Shown: positions 35,166-48,513, counted from the whole stretch's first letter. The stretch: 52,478 bases of DNA, filler included, from Sphacelaria rigidula (GCA_964200075.2; 3 parts of 3 records of this genome joined end to end with filler, not necessarily neighbours in it); one strand, 5' to 3'. The notes: generated from the letters alone by a model not told the origin. Made by a program: numbers and translations.

Positions 35166-36379
35166 CATTATCTTGCATGCCCTAGTCAAGTGCAACTTTC
35201 CACCAAGAACGGTCCCGAGAGAGGTCAAAAGAGAGCGAGGGCAAAGGAGAGAGAGAGAGTAAATGGAGGTGGATGTGAGTGAGCGATATGCTGCAAGGCC
35301 TTGGCGCGGTCAACGTCAGGATAACCCTTTTTTTCACTACATGAAAGGAGCATTACTTTACGTGAAATGATTCAGTGGGATGTGCAACACCAAGACATGG
35401 GAGCTTCAAAATGAAAATAGGCGGAACTGAACAGCGACTGCAGCTCGGTTGTGCCACGGGTCATGGACACAGCGGTTCTCATTTAACTGCAACTGGATCT
35501 AAAGCAAAAAAACAAACACCGTGCTCAGTCGACCGAAAATACTGTATCTCGGTGTGCGTGTTGTTGCATCGCGAGCAGCACTAGATACCCGTACGGCATA
35601 GGTGTAACCGTTCTGTGCACCCTGACTTCATGTGCCCAGTCGCATTACTTGGTTGCTACAAACCCCCCATGGCACCATACATGTTCTCGTTCACCAATCT
35701 GGTGGGTGCTTTCCCCTCTGCTGAAATGGAGTTGGGCCTCTTCAGATATTCCTAGCGAAGAGCGGGATAATCATGAGAAAGTGGAAGGCGCAGTTCACGG
35801 GTCCCCTCCTTCATCAACGGTCTGACTAGGATATTATCTTCAGCAACAACTTTCGGTTCAAAAGAGCATGACCGAAATTTGGGTCAAGACAGCTTTAATC
35901 AACCTCACGGCTTCCGCTCGGAGAGCAGGGAGGGTGAAGGCGACAAACTCACTGCTGCGGTTTGATGCCCATTGCTGTCCTGCCCAGTTGGCGACGGGAA
36001 GAGACTTTTCGAAAAAACAGGGGAAAAAAAAGTAGGCGTGAAACCAATACATCACCACCTGCGCGCGTCGCCGCCTGTACCACGTGAACTCGTATCAATT
36101 ACATACGGTATGTGTGTTGACGACATACACGTACTACTGTACTGTTTGAGGAGAAAATGTTCCGAGACGGCAGCGTGCTGCTCATCGTGGCTTGTGCGGG
36201 ACAGACGGCGACGTGCAGAATACGCCTGACAGCGGGTTGTTATGATGTAGGCGTTGACTTTCCCACAAAACATATTTTTTTCGAACCCGTCCACGAAAAG
36301 CAGCTAACTGGGGACCAACCGGCAAGCGGGAGCTAGGAGCGTTCATTTATTTCAGTCCCCATCTTGTCCCGGTCAAAGG

Positions 36380-36567
36380 TAACACAGGGACCGCAGAAGG
36401 AAGGTGGAGTACGATAATGATAACAAAATAAAAAACGGAGAAAAAAAAATTGTGTTGACCCTTGGCTGACCTTCCTCTTATGCGACCCCGGCTGATGCAC
36501 CCACAGATACCGAAAGGTGTTAGGTAGCGTCCGGAATAGATGGGATGACAACACATACACACACACC
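36380..36567 (-). repeat. Short interspersed repeat with (GT)n end, related to 48514-48770
   Basis: Reverse complement TGTGTTGTCATCCCATCTATTCCGGACG...TTTCGGTATCTGTGGGTGCATCAGCCGGGGTC...CTTCCTTCTGC matches the + copy at 48547 onward. Confidence 0.75.
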
Positions 36568-38313
36568 GGAAATACAAGGGGTCCCGCTATAGTACGGGCC
36601 ATGTCGGTTCGTGAACATACCGGAACATGTTGTGTGATGCAAATTCGAGATTTGCGGTGTGACGCATGAACCCCCTGTACAGCATATAATAGTACTGTGG
36701 AGTAATAGTGTGCACAGTACATGGTGCACGCCGTCGTTCGCATGCCCGGTGAAACGTACAATGGCGCACACGACAGGCGCGTCGCTGTGCAAAAAGGGAA
36801 AGGGGGCTTCACGTAAGCCCTATGACATCAAAACTCCCACGTATCGACAACAGTCTTGGACCAAGAGAAAAATAAACAAAAACAGTTTTCGGAACAGAAT
36901 CTGAGCTTTTTCCATCCCCTCACCCACTGTCTGTTGCAACGCCCGACCTCAGATCCAGACACATGGACTTGTTGACTGTGATTTACATTACACATGATCG
37001 AAGTTTTAGCGCCTTGCAGCGACTACACGCCGACCGTGACTACCACGCGGAGCATCTCTACATGCGACACCATAATATTTTCCTAGAAATTGTCATTATC
37101 CAAAGGGTGTGCCAGTACTGATTTATGTGTCTGCCAGCGCTGCACCCTCCCAGGTGCTCATGATGTGGAAGTGAGCGCACGACCATGTCCACATATGCAT
37201 CTACTCACAGTACAGTGCACAGAATCTGGGCTGCGAGGTAGCCGTATTGAGGGCGTATTGACGGTATATAGGTTCTCGCCTAGTTCAATTTGCTCGGTGG
37301 ACGAAATGAGGTGTTATCCCCTTCACACCGTGCCTGCGTTGTGTCCGACTGGTGCACGAAGTTTCATGGGAGTGACTTTACCCATGGTCAAGAAAAGCTT
37401 CCGTTCAGAAGTGCCATGATTTTTGTGTGCGGGTCAAGGGTGGGCATTCCGGTATATTTTTGTTTTTTTCCTTCTGGCGCAGGACTGTCAATAGCACGCT
37501 CAGGCAAGTAAAAGTAAGCCCCATGAGCCAAAGCCGCTTGGCAGTTTGAAGCAAAGCACTGGTATATTACTATACACTGACTGGCTGTACTCTACTCACC
37601 GTACATTACGGCCGTCACTACAATGCCAGTGACACGGTAATGTAGTGTAAGATGCAGGCGGGCAGTGTTTGTGTTGCCGGCCGTTTTCATGGAGCGCGCG
37701 GTAGCGTACTACACAGTATATAGCACCGAGCTGGCTGTGCTGGCAAGCTCAAATCGACATGTCCATCGCCATACAGTCAAGAACAGAAACGTACTCCAAA
37801 CAATTGACACTATTATATTACTGTACCTCTTGGTAACATACAGCAGGACGGGATAGCCGCGATCGGCGTTGCATCGTGAGAAAGAAAAGCATGTCACAAA
37901 ACAAACTGGGACCGTCCAAGAGGGCTGGCTCATATTTTCTTTCTTGCGTGCAGTAGTACATTGCATGCAGTTCAGCAGCATGTACAACATGTGAAGTGTG
38001 CGTAGAGATCCCATTGCAACGCCTGCGAGGGGAGGCAGCACGGGAAATAAAATATAAAGGGGGTAACGGCCGTGTCCAAGTACTTGGTTTTATAGACAAG
38101 TGCGAATCAAACACAGCCGTTACACGTCTGTGCAGTATGCGTAACGGTCCAATTGACTTTTTCATTGATCTCATTGTACCGAATGTACTGTACTTTATCC
38201 ACTGTGGTTTGCAGCTCGGAGGGAGAAACCCCAGACCATAATAAACACACGTGCACACAAACATGACATAAAAAACAACCAACGCGAACACACCCTCTAC
38301 CCACGGCCCTCAC

Positions 38314-38820
38314 CACATAGCTGGGATCAATTTGCCTGAACAAAAAGCCCATGATGTTTTTGAAATCTCGTGTGCTCGGTCGGCTCAGAGTCTTGAGGTT
38401 GATCGGCTCCTGGTACCCGTGAGTGCTCAAATAATCCGCCATCTTGTGGAGAGACTCGTTCAGGTACGACTTGTCCATCAGAGGGCGGGTGTCCGACCTC
38501 TGCCCTCCACCGCTTCCGTACGTCGATCGCCGGACACCCGTTGATGACTTACGCTCCGAAGGAGCAAGGCTCGGTCGCCCCATGCTGGGCCGCTGTCCTC
38601 CCATACTCGGCCGCTGTCCTCCGCCCATGCTCGAGTGAGCAACCATGCTCTTCCGCCCCCCGCCCCCGCCCAGCGTTGTTGACCTGCCTCCTGCAGTTGA
38701 TATACTAAACCTTGCGGGTTTGGTTGTGACCATGGAAGAGCGGGACGGCACGCCCCCCGAGCGAGAGTTGAGGGAGGCGCTTGAAACCGTTCCCAGCGTG
38801 TTGCGCTTGCGAGATGCCAT
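38314..38820 (-). CDS. NDC80: Kinetochore protein NDC80/HEC1, first exon (3'-partial)
   Basis: ATG 38820, then a basic S/G-rich tail, then DTRPLMDKSY...YLSTHGY...LSRPSTRDFKNIMGFLFRQIDPSYV, typical of the start of the Ndc80 CH domain. GTGAGG donor at 38313. Later exons were not found before the 35054 spacer. Confidence 0.92.
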
Positions 38821-39396
38821 GGCTGCCCGAGACTTTTTCAGAGCCGGTGCTGTTGTATTGTTATCTGTGTCGATGGCTTGAACGCAGTTTGAGGCTTGTT
38901 TTCGTAACGAGTTCCAGCAGGCCGGTGTTATTGAAAAACAGTCGCCAGTCACTGCGGCACAAGAAACGACCTCGCCTCGAGTTAAATGCCGCCCCAACTT
39001 CTGCAGGGGATCTATGAACCCGAAGTTACTCCAATATCCTTATCTCTAGATACACGACACCCCTAAAATGAAGCTCCCGCCGAAGATATGCAAGTGTGGA
39101 GAGGAAGAATGAACATTGTCACAGCATTCCTAAATGATCAGTGATGTGACCAAGCCCAAACAAACAAAACAGCCGTTGGTCTTTTTTCAGGGCTACCGCC
39201 TGTGCAATGTACTCGAAACCCCTGAAATTTCATCCTCTCATGATTTATCAAAGACCATGTGGTACTGACTGTGAAGTATAAGGTGCAGGTGCGTGGACAG
39301 GAGGAAGGAAGGCAGAGGACAGCACCAGAACGGCGTATCTTCAATCTATGAGCGGCGCCCTCGTCGCCGGAACAACCGCGTGGACTTCGTGTTTCA

Positions 39397-42300
39397 ATGT
39401 GGTCGGCGTTTGAGCGCTCGCTCAGGGGTGCACCTTCTCCACGAGCAACTTCAGCATCAACCACGAGAAATCCCAACGACAAAAATGCAACCGTGGGCGA
39501 ACCTGCCGCACCTGAAGCACGAAAGAAAAAAAGCGTGAGCTGGGGTGACAAAGAGGAAAACGTTAACGACTGCATGGTGAGCGAGGGTAATGCAGGCGCT
39601 GAGGACGGGGGTGGTGGCGGTAGTGTTGGTTTTGGTGGTGGTGGTGGTGCTAAACGGATCATCAATAGGGGGGGTAATAATGGGGCAGGTCCTGCAGCAG
39701 GAGCCGGTGGAAACGGAATTGCAAACGGTCGCGAGGAGCGGAGCCTGAATCATTTGCGGGTCCCATCTACGAGACACGTTGGCGCCAGAGCTTCCACGAA
39801 CCACAATAGGGACGGTAGCGGCTGCTCCGGCAGCGTTTCAGCCGCAGGTCGCAGCAGCAGCACGGATCTCTACTCAGCTCCTACGGCGAGCTCGGCGCGC
39901 AAGCGTCTGGGAGAACATCCGGGTATTCACGGTATTCAGGCAGGCGCATTGCGGGTTCGCACACCGGCCAAGCCGAGGAAGCAACGATCCGCACTCACAC
40001 CAGCGGCTTCCAATTCCTACAGCGACACCAGCGCAGCAACAACAGGGATAGCAAATGATGGACCTCATGATACGGCTCGAGGGACGGTGGCGTCTAGCAA
40101 GTCTAGCCCTACTCACACCTCCCTTCGGCGTGGCGGAACTGGGGTGCGATCGCCACCGAGGGGCTCTCTGCGCGCCCCAAAGGAAACGAGCGAAGCTCGA
40201 CCGCCTCATGCTGCCGACGTTGCCGCCGACGGTGTCGCAGGATCTCCCGCTGACCGAACCGCACCAACAGCAAGGTGTTCACTGAGTAAAACAAGTTCGC
40301 GCCCACCGCCGCTGACGGGAACTCGCCGCCAATCCTCTGCGGGAATCGCGCTACGCAATGTCGCCGGCGGATACGCGGATGACGCCGATATCTTGTACGG
40401 GCAAGAAGATGAGGACGGCAATACTTGTCTGCTCCCGGGCGCAGACAGGTGCTCCACCGCCACCGTGCCTTCTCCTTGCTCATCCGCACGGAGATCGTCC
40501 CCACGAGCTCGTTTTGCTGCGCCCGGCAGTGCTTCCCCCGCTAGCAGTAAAGGTCTGCCACCCCGGTCGCCGAGGGCTTCACCGCCTAACCTTCGGGTGT
40601 CTGCCGGCGCGTCTCCAAGGGTGCCGACAGGGGAGCGACATGGTGCCTTTCCGATGCCATCGAGCCCGTCCCCATCCTCGACAGCTTCTGCTAGCTGTGT
40701 GCCGGGTAGCTTTCGGTCGTCAGATCGTATGCTTGATGATATGGGGGGAGATGAGGAGGACGAGGACGAGGATGATGTGAGTAATCTCTGTGTGTGATCG
40801 TTGAGGGGTATGAGTGGATTCGGATGTTTTCGCGTGGTCCTTGTTATGAATTCATGTGCCCGTTGCTCTGATGGTAACCCGGCTAGCCACGGGCGCAATC
40901 ACCTATCACACATAAAATATCTGCTCGTGCTGTCCATGGTATCGGCTTGTGTTGGGTTTGCTAGAATGCCACATGCATCTACGATGTTACACCTGCTACC
41001 TCTCGAGCACGGTGAAAACACCGTATACGCCGGTACAACAGCAAGCTGCATTATTTTATATGTCTCTGCCCCTCCTCACATTATCTCCTCTCATCTTTGC
41101 AACACAACTATCCGCGCGCGGAGTTGTCATGCACTTCTACCCTCCGTACTGTACTGTGCATGACACGGCGGTAGCTGCCCTGCTGTGAGCTTGCCGTCTA
41201 TCCCGAAGGCCTACTTGGATGCTTTTGTATTGTTGCACCGGCGTCGTCCCCGTTCTTGGAATGATATGTACAGTGGCACCGGTAGTCGGAATTGTTCTTC
41301 GACGCACAGGTGCGTCACGGTCACTGTCTCCTCTCTTCAGTTGTTACTCCGGCTCTCAAGTATTTGAATACCGTCTCCACCCACCACGTTGCTGTATATT
41401 GGGAATCGATGGAGGTCCTAGGCTACCGCTTTGTCACAGAGTGATCGGAAGCATACCACAGACTCACTATTCATAATATCTATCCCCGAAGGTGAGAATC
41501 ACGTGTGGTCAGTTATTGTCCATCATCCCTGATAATGCGTAGAGAAACTCCACCGATTGTTGAACATTTTTTACCCCGGAGGTGATAATGTGTATTACAT
41601 TTTCCGCCCACTGCCGACTCTTCATGAGTTGGTTTTTCATGCGTTCATGCCGGTGCTGTGTAAACTGGAGTGAAAGGATCGGAGCTTATGGCTAGATCGA
41701 CTGTTCACGTATCGGCTCTTTATGTTGATACAAAATTTAATTATTTCACCGGTAAGGAAAGGTGACGGCCAAACCCTTATCGCGATAAAAATGAAGGCAA
41801 GCATTGCAGACGGAATGTGGAGGGTTCAAAAGGGAGGGAGAAAGGAAAAGTCTTGTGTGACCTTCCTCCTGCGTGACGCGGTCTGGTGCGCCTAAATACA
41901 CGGTGGGGTGTTTTCGTCCAGAATAAATGAATGTGATGAAACTCCCCCCCCCGCGCCATTCCAGCGGGGTGGATCATGTGCTGAATCGGCATCAATGTCA
42001 CTTGGAAAATGTTTCCAAAACCTAAATGACCCACCGTGGAGACAGAAGGGTAGGCAAGAGTACGAACATCTATTGAATCGGCAAAATGATAAGAGACGTC
42101 ATCCGAAAGGTCAAGTCGGGAAGCGATCGTCAGCGCAGCGGGTCGGCTATGTAGCACCGATACTGTCATTACAAAATTGGTAGGAAGCCAGTCGACGGAT
42201 AGAGCAGAATCTGTAATGAAGACGCGCAGCAGGCGATGGTTTCGATTTTTATTGGGGTCAAGTATAATGCCTCCCCCTTGTCCAGAATAACTCAAACCGA

Positions 42301-45300
42301 CCAGAAAAACATCCCAACATGTGCAGAGCTACGTCGTGAATGTGAAGACAACATTACACACAGTACAAGTATTGAATAAATTCCCAGCACAAAAAAATGA
42401 AATCCCCGATCCTCATGAGAAGAGGGCGTAACGAGCAAGTGTTCAGCTTTTGGTCTTCATTTTTTCCGGGGAAAATATATTGTAATTTCTCCGACATCTC
42501 CCACAAAAAACGCCGAAAAGGCCTTCCGACGCTAGATTTCCCCAGAAATCTGTAGGCGGTCGGTCTTCTTTTGATTGATGCCCTGATGTGGATATCAAGA
42601 AGTTTGCTCGTACACTTTTTCGAGAGGAAGCTTTTCCCTCAACAAACTCGGAGACTTCAGGGGGGTGGGGGGGGGGGGAAGACTCGTTAACCCTTCGACC
42701 TCAGGCATAGGTCATCTGTTGACACGGCACCGATTTCACTTGAAAAATATTTGCATGGTCAGATGACGTCGAAGATTGCTAAATGTTGAATAATACGGTC
42801 AAGGAGCTGAAATCTAATGCAGGCGTGAAGACCCGCGGCAGGCGATGATTTCGATTTGTTTCCGAAGGCAATATACAGGAAGGAAATCAAGTCCTCAAAA
42901 ACGGAAAATAAATATCACCTTCATGGTATACGAGAATATGTGAGATTGGTGAACGAGCAGTCCTTGCACTCACAGGGTTGAAATCCGATGCCACACACAC
43001 GAAGCTTCTCCGGGGAATATTTTAATATTTTGTGCTACGGGAAACTGCTGAGAGATCCAGTAGATTGATCTCAATCTGCTTTTTTTGCCTTGCTACAACA
43101 CAGACTCCTGGCACCGCCGACAACGCCGCCACCACTCTCGGAATACTTGTTCGCAATACTCGTAAACGCCTCAAGTCTCCTAGCCCCTGCGTATCCGTCT
43201 CGTGCACCGTCCCGGCTCTTTAGTGATGCGAGGTCAATGGTATTGTGATTTTTGCATCCAAGATCATGAGCACACCCTCCCCCGACCCTCCCCCCCCCCG
43301 CGCGCTTCCGATAATCCCGATGATACTCGCTCCCAGTTATTGCCGACAGTAACCAGCCAGTCTCTGGAAAGCCGGCTGGCTGCCGCAAGCGCGGCCCATA
43401 GGTCGTCACTGGAGACGTTGGGCAAGGCCAGCCCGCGCTGCAGCAGCCCCTTCTCCACGAGCACTACCGTGCGCAGGAGATCGACCAGCCTGATACATGT
43501 CAACGGCAACGAGGTGCGAAGAGACCTTTTTTTTTCATTTTATTCATACATTTTCCGCAACGGTTATGTCGTCGTTCCCCCAGTGGGCCAGCAGGTACGC
43601 ATAGCATTACATCTGTGGCGACATTTTTTGCTTCACTTGTCGTACTGTACCTTTTTTTTTAGCCCCCGCCCCCCACCTCGGGATGAGTCCGTACTCCTCC
43701 TGAGGGATCATCAGCTCATGTCCCCCCGACACTGGTCTTGCAATTTGTCATCCACGGTTGGATTATGACTATCAGCAATCCTACAGTCCCCTCGACGTAC
43801 TTGCCAAATAATGTTTTGTGAACTAACGTTTTCATGATTGCCTCAACGGAAATCATGAGCATCAACTATTACTACTACTGTATCCAGTGGTTGAAATCCG
43901 AATGTAGGTGTGACGAAAGTTTTTTTGCGTCGAGCAATGTGTCGGTGTATTTTCAAAAACCAGCTGAACGTGCTGGGAGAGAGATGAACGAGTAGTCTAC
44001 AAGGGCCAGGTCGAGTAGAGTACACGTATACGCAATTGCGGGGTATTCTGAAAGACGTGCTTGAGGTACTCAAATTAGGGTAGAGTGTTGGGAGCCGTAC
44101 CCGATAAATAACTGGAAAGCGATCCCCAAAATCCTACCCCTAATTTGTGTACTTCAAGTACAACTTTCAAAATACCCCGCAATTGAGTATACTCCACTCG
44201 ACCTGCCCTTGGTAGTCTATCTGGATCATGCATACTTTTTCAAGTGAAATCGATGCCGATTTCACCCATGACCTACTCTCGCAGTCTAAGGGTTGAGATC
44301 ACGGGCTCGCCCGGGGAAAGGAAAGGGGTTAGAAGTTAATCCTTTGACCGCAAGGGAAAGCCACCCGCTGAATCGTCAAGGTTCACTTAAATAAAGTATG
44401 CGTGAGCCAGATGACTTCGACGGTAGGTCACCTGCCGAATCGGCATCAATATCACTTGAAAAAAGATCATGTGTGATCCAGATGGACTACCCGCGTCGCG
44501 GTCCAAGGGCTAACCCTTTGAAGGGGAGTGTAGGTCATATATTGAATCGGCATCAATTTCACTTCAAGAAAGTCTGCATGATCCAGATGGACTACCCCCG
44601 CGGTCCTCAGACCGCAATTCAGGTAGTCCATCTGGGTCATGAAGACTTTCTTCAAGCGAAAATTTATGCCGATTCCGCAGGTGACATACCCTCGCGGTCA
44701 AGGGAATGAGAGCCTGCACAAAAAAAATGAGATGATTGCTGCGTGTCGGTGCTTTGCGTGGGACGGATATTTCGAGTGCTTGCTGTTCGGAGACTGGCCC
44801 GACGGTTGAATAGCGCCTCTCTTCATTTCGACGGAACGTTATGAAACGCTATTATATATCAAGGCTTCGCCCTTGTGCTTGGCTAAGGAACGGGATGGTG
44901 ATACTGTGCATTTGATTGAGAATGAAGGAGAAAAGTTACCGCACAAGGTCACGGGCCTGGATGATCTGTCAGTCCAGGCAGACAGACAGACATTCCCAGC
45001 GCGGAGGGTGCCGTGTCTTACCGAACGGAGACCAAGAAAAAATCAGGAAAAGGAACAAGCATCTAAAAGCAACATGTTGAATGATCGTCGGGGGGGGGGG
45101 GGGGGTTACGGTTGCGGCGGCTAATCAGTATGCTGGTTTTAAAGGGGGGCTTTTCCGTTTTCCCCCTTTTTTTTTNNNNNNNNNNAAAGTGAGACAGCAG
45201 GGCGGTTTTTGGTGTTCGGCGGCGGGGGTTGTGGGGGGGGGGTGGGTGTGCGTTTACGGTTGCGGCGGCTAATCAGTATGCTGCTTTTAAAGGGGGGCTT

Positions 45301-45759
45301 TTCCGTTCTCCCGCTTTTTTCTCTCTCTATCTCGATGAGAACACGTTCATGGGGGCGAGTGAGGGGTAGTTAAGTCAGTTCCAAAAAAGTGCTACCAGGA
45401 ACCGCCGCACTACGGGATTGTATTGTACTCTGCTGTGTCGTTGTATTCCTTCCGGGGTTTGGGTGGTGGTGGTGGTACCTGTGCAAACCACCGATCTTCG
45501 CTTTTTGTGCGCACCGTCCCTTCCGAACGTTGCCTAGCCGGGCTCTATACTCTCGGAAGAAGTTAGCGAGGAGTCCATTACAGTGGAAGGCGCGAAGTGT
45601 CCTTGCCAGCACCAGGAAGGCTGCCCCTTGACGGAGACCGGCGATGTCAAGCGGGCAAAGGCGGACGTCGCTACGGAAGGGGCGGGGGCGGGGGCGGTGG
45701 AGGTGCGGAATCGCCTGGAGGAGTTGCAGGCGAAAGTGGCGGCGTTGGAGCAAGACAAG
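39397..45759 (+). CDS. Uncharacterised large disordered Ser/Pro/Arg-rich protein with downstream coiled coil, 3'-partial
   Basis: Phase-0 exons 39397-40776 (460 codons, GTGAGT donor), 43337-43513 and 45538-45759 (ends RNRLEELQAKVAALEQDK, GTGAGA donor). No family recognised. Confidence 0.75.
44000..44211. mobile_element. 212-bp fold-back MITE with 8-bp TSD (P- or hAT-superfamily-like)
   Basis: Ends CAAGGGCCAGGTCGAGT / ACTCGACCTGCCCTTG. TSD GTAGTCTA at 43992-43999 and 44212-44219. Near-palindromic over its whole length. Confidence 0.85.
44212..44706. mobile_element. Cluster of ~100-bp piggyBac-like MITE copies
   Basis: Repeated GAATCGGCATCAAT.TCACTTGAA..AAGTATGCATGATCCAGA cores and CCTTTGACCGC/GCGGTCCAAGGG ends. 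Same family as 51258-51355. Confidence 0.75.
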
Positions 45760-46007
45760 GTGAGATTGTGATGTGTTGCGATACCACGCTGTACATCGGT
45801 CGAGAAATATGATTTGCTGTGCGCGGAAAGTGTGTCTTTCTCTGTTTTGTGCGGTTGTTTATATTTACTGAAGATCGTTCGGTTTTGTGGATTTATGTGC
45901 GTGTCTTCGTGTGTTTTGCGAACTTGTTGAAGACCAAAGGGATGGGCAAGTGGGGAGGGGGCGGTAGGGGGGAGGGAGTACTCATGATCTTGCCTGCCGT
46001 AGTCATG

Positions 46008-46601
46008 CTTCCTCTGTCCCATAAGTAAAGCCCGTTATGATCACACGGACCCTTGACCGCGTCCAGTACGTGTCCAATACCGTAGGTGACAATTTTTTGA
46101 AATATTCAGGTTTTTTTAGTTGAAGTAGGGTTTTTTCCTCCTGTTTGCGCAGCATCTAGCGTGCCCGAACGGCTGATAAATGAGTACTCGCCCCCCAAAC
46201 GGCTATGTTTCGCCCCTTCACCAGAACATAGAGAAGAATCCTGGAAACCCAAAAAACGGCAAAAATCGCGAAAAAAGCATAACTGGCTCTTTTTCTCCGT
46301 TCCATAGCTGGCATACGATAGCAACGGAGTTTACATTGCAGCCTTCAATTACTTCAAAACAGGCCAAATTCGTTGAAATTCGGCCGGAAATGTACAGATT
46401 GGACGGGATTTGGTCGAAGTCTCGCCATGTATTACCCACCGAGTTTAAGGTTGTAGGTCGATTATTTTATTTCTGATTTTTCCAGTGGCCATCTCCACAA
46501 CTATATATTTTCAACGAAACTAACCGTAAGATCGTGAGCACCTGCGTTGGCGAGGTACGGCCTATCCCCCATATCGGACTTCACTAGTGGGACAGAGGAA
46601 G
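46008..46601. mobile_element. 594-bp Tc1/mariner (Stowaway-like) MITE
   Basis: TIRs CTTCCTCTGTCCCA / TGGGACAGAGGAAG, flanked by TG and TA (decayed TA TSD). It splits a host repeat motif that rejoins on removal. Confidence 0.75.
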
Positions 46602-46619
46602 TATGTCCATTGACCTCTC

Positions 46620-47315
46620 ATCCCTACAAAGCCGGGACGGAGCACGCCGGGTTCTCGTCGGGCCGGGCTCGCAATCAATCACCAAGCGCGAAGCGCTGTT
46701 CGGGGAGTCGCATGAAGGCTCAGCTGCTACCGGCTGGGATTGTTCGGACCAAAGCACACTGATCATCTTGCATCTGGATGACAGCCTAGAAGCAGTTGCT
46801 TCACTTTCTGCTACTATATCGCCACTTTCAGAGACAGCTACGGGTTACACACTGCCTCATGGGTGTCTCACCATATAAACACTACGTAGTATGATCACCC
46901 CCTTTGCGCGGAATATAAGGTTTTCCCACGCCAAACAATGTGATCGACCTCGACCACCATCATGAGAATCGAAAAAAAATGCAGGCGCGCAAAAATAAAT
47001 CGGTAACCTGCTTGCCTAGGTTACGCAGTGAGTGGCGTGTTTTACAGCGTCACTGCGAACCGACGCCAACCCCATAGAGGGTTCGTCCCTACAAAGCCTG
47101 GCCCGCGGTCAATCACCAAGCGCGAAGCGCCGTGATCTGTTTGGCGAGTCGCATGAAGGCTCAGCTGCTACGTGCTCAGACTGTTCGGTCCGAAGCAGAC
47201 TGATTATCTTGCATTTGAATGTCAGCCTAGAAGCAGTTGCTTCATTTTCTGGTACTGTATCGCCACTTCCAGAGACAGCCACGGGTTACGCACTGCCTCA
47301 TGGGTGTCTCACCAT
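46620..47315 (+). repeat. Two ~230-255 bp direct repeats
   Basis: ~46620-46875 and ~47085-47315 share CAATCACCAAGCGCGAAGCGC...CTGCCTCATGGGTGTCTCACCAT. Confidence 0.9.
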
Positions 47316-47319
47316 TTAA

Positions 47320-47490
47320 CCCATAGACCGCGGGATTAATCTGTCTGGATCATGCATATTTTTTTTCACTTGGAAGTGGTGTCGATTCAACACAAGACTA
47401 ACCTCGCGGTCCAAGGGTTATCGACATCAATTTCAAGTGGAAAAAAAGTATGCATGATCCAGAAAGACTAATCACGCGGTCTAAGGGTTG
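47320..47490. mobile_element. piggyBac-like MITE plus adjacent half copy
   Basis: TTAA-CCCATAGACCGCG...CGCGGTCCAAGGG-TTAT (47320-47417), followed by a partial opposite-orientation copy ending GCGGTCTAAGGG. Confidence 0.8.
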
Positions 47491-48511
47491 AACATTACGT
47501 ACCATAGTACGACCATTCCCTTTGAATGCAAGGTGCGGTGGGAGGGGGCAGGAGGGGACGCACTCATCCGTTGCTTACCTTTGTCATTTGACCGTTGACC
47601 ACGTATCTCTTTCGAGACAGAGCACCATCCCTACTCCTATTATTAATAGAAACGTCCAACATTTGGGCGCTCATTACGTTTCTTCCATTCATTACACCAG
47701 AACGTTTCACTTATGGCCTTTATCCCCTTCCTGTTTCGCCCTCTGTGGCCACCATCAATGTCCTAGAACAGCGATCATGTTCTCGCCACTATCTGATGTA
47801 CCAAACGTTTTTGGGGGGGGACGGGGGGAAGGAGTTCGCCATGTTCGAAGAAGAGGAGGTACGACGCGGGGACTAAATTTCACTCGTTTGACTTATTATG
47901 CGGCCGCTCTTGCGTAGAGAAAAATGCACGAATGATTGAAGTAACAGTAGCACATGTATTTTCGAGGGGGAAAAAGGCGGGTACTTGCTGGAAGTCTTGG
48001 AGTGTCTTTTTCTACGGGCATGTCTGTTTTTTCTCGTGTGATGACATGCAATTCAAACCGTATTGCTGTTGTGGTTTTTCCTTGTCGTACGTACCGTTGA
48101 AAGGTTTGTCTCGAAAGTCTTTCTGCGGCATTGGCCCGCATAAATCGGTTTCACTTATTACCCGCGACTTGGTTGAAGAAGCTCGGGAGCCGACGGCATC
48201 ATGTCCGTAGCGGATCACGGAGTATGTTTTTCGCTCAAGAAGTGGACATGTGATGACAGAATCAATGAGCGCTCTCACGAGTTCACAGCGCAAATGCCCA
48301 CCTGTTGAACAGAGGTGTCCGTTGCAAATCAGGATCATGTTGAGTTGGAAAATGACTTTTACAAGAGTGGGGTGTGTATCCGTCTGCGGCCAGGTGCAAA
48401 GGGACAACTTCTTTGAATTTTCGCTGGACACCCCAAAATTGTGCTCCAGCAGATCGTGTTGCAAGTTTTGTGTCCAGAAGTTGGTCATTCTGCCCCTGAC
48501 CCTTTGACGAC

Positions 48512-48513
<2 letters not shown>

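Noticed and set aside
35056-35282. Gly-rich or Pro-rich ORFs
   Set aside because: They derive from a poly-G run at a contig end, probably of low sequence quality.
45085-45320. Direct repeat around the 10-N gap (similarly around 23600)
   Set aside because: Near-identical sequence on both sides of a small gap is a typical overlap artefact of assembly.
48100-48500. Decayed retroelement RNase H (WGV..., RWAFAL, AERLSR on the minus strand)
   Set aside because: Motifs are scattered and spacing is poor, so the call cannot be supported without a search.
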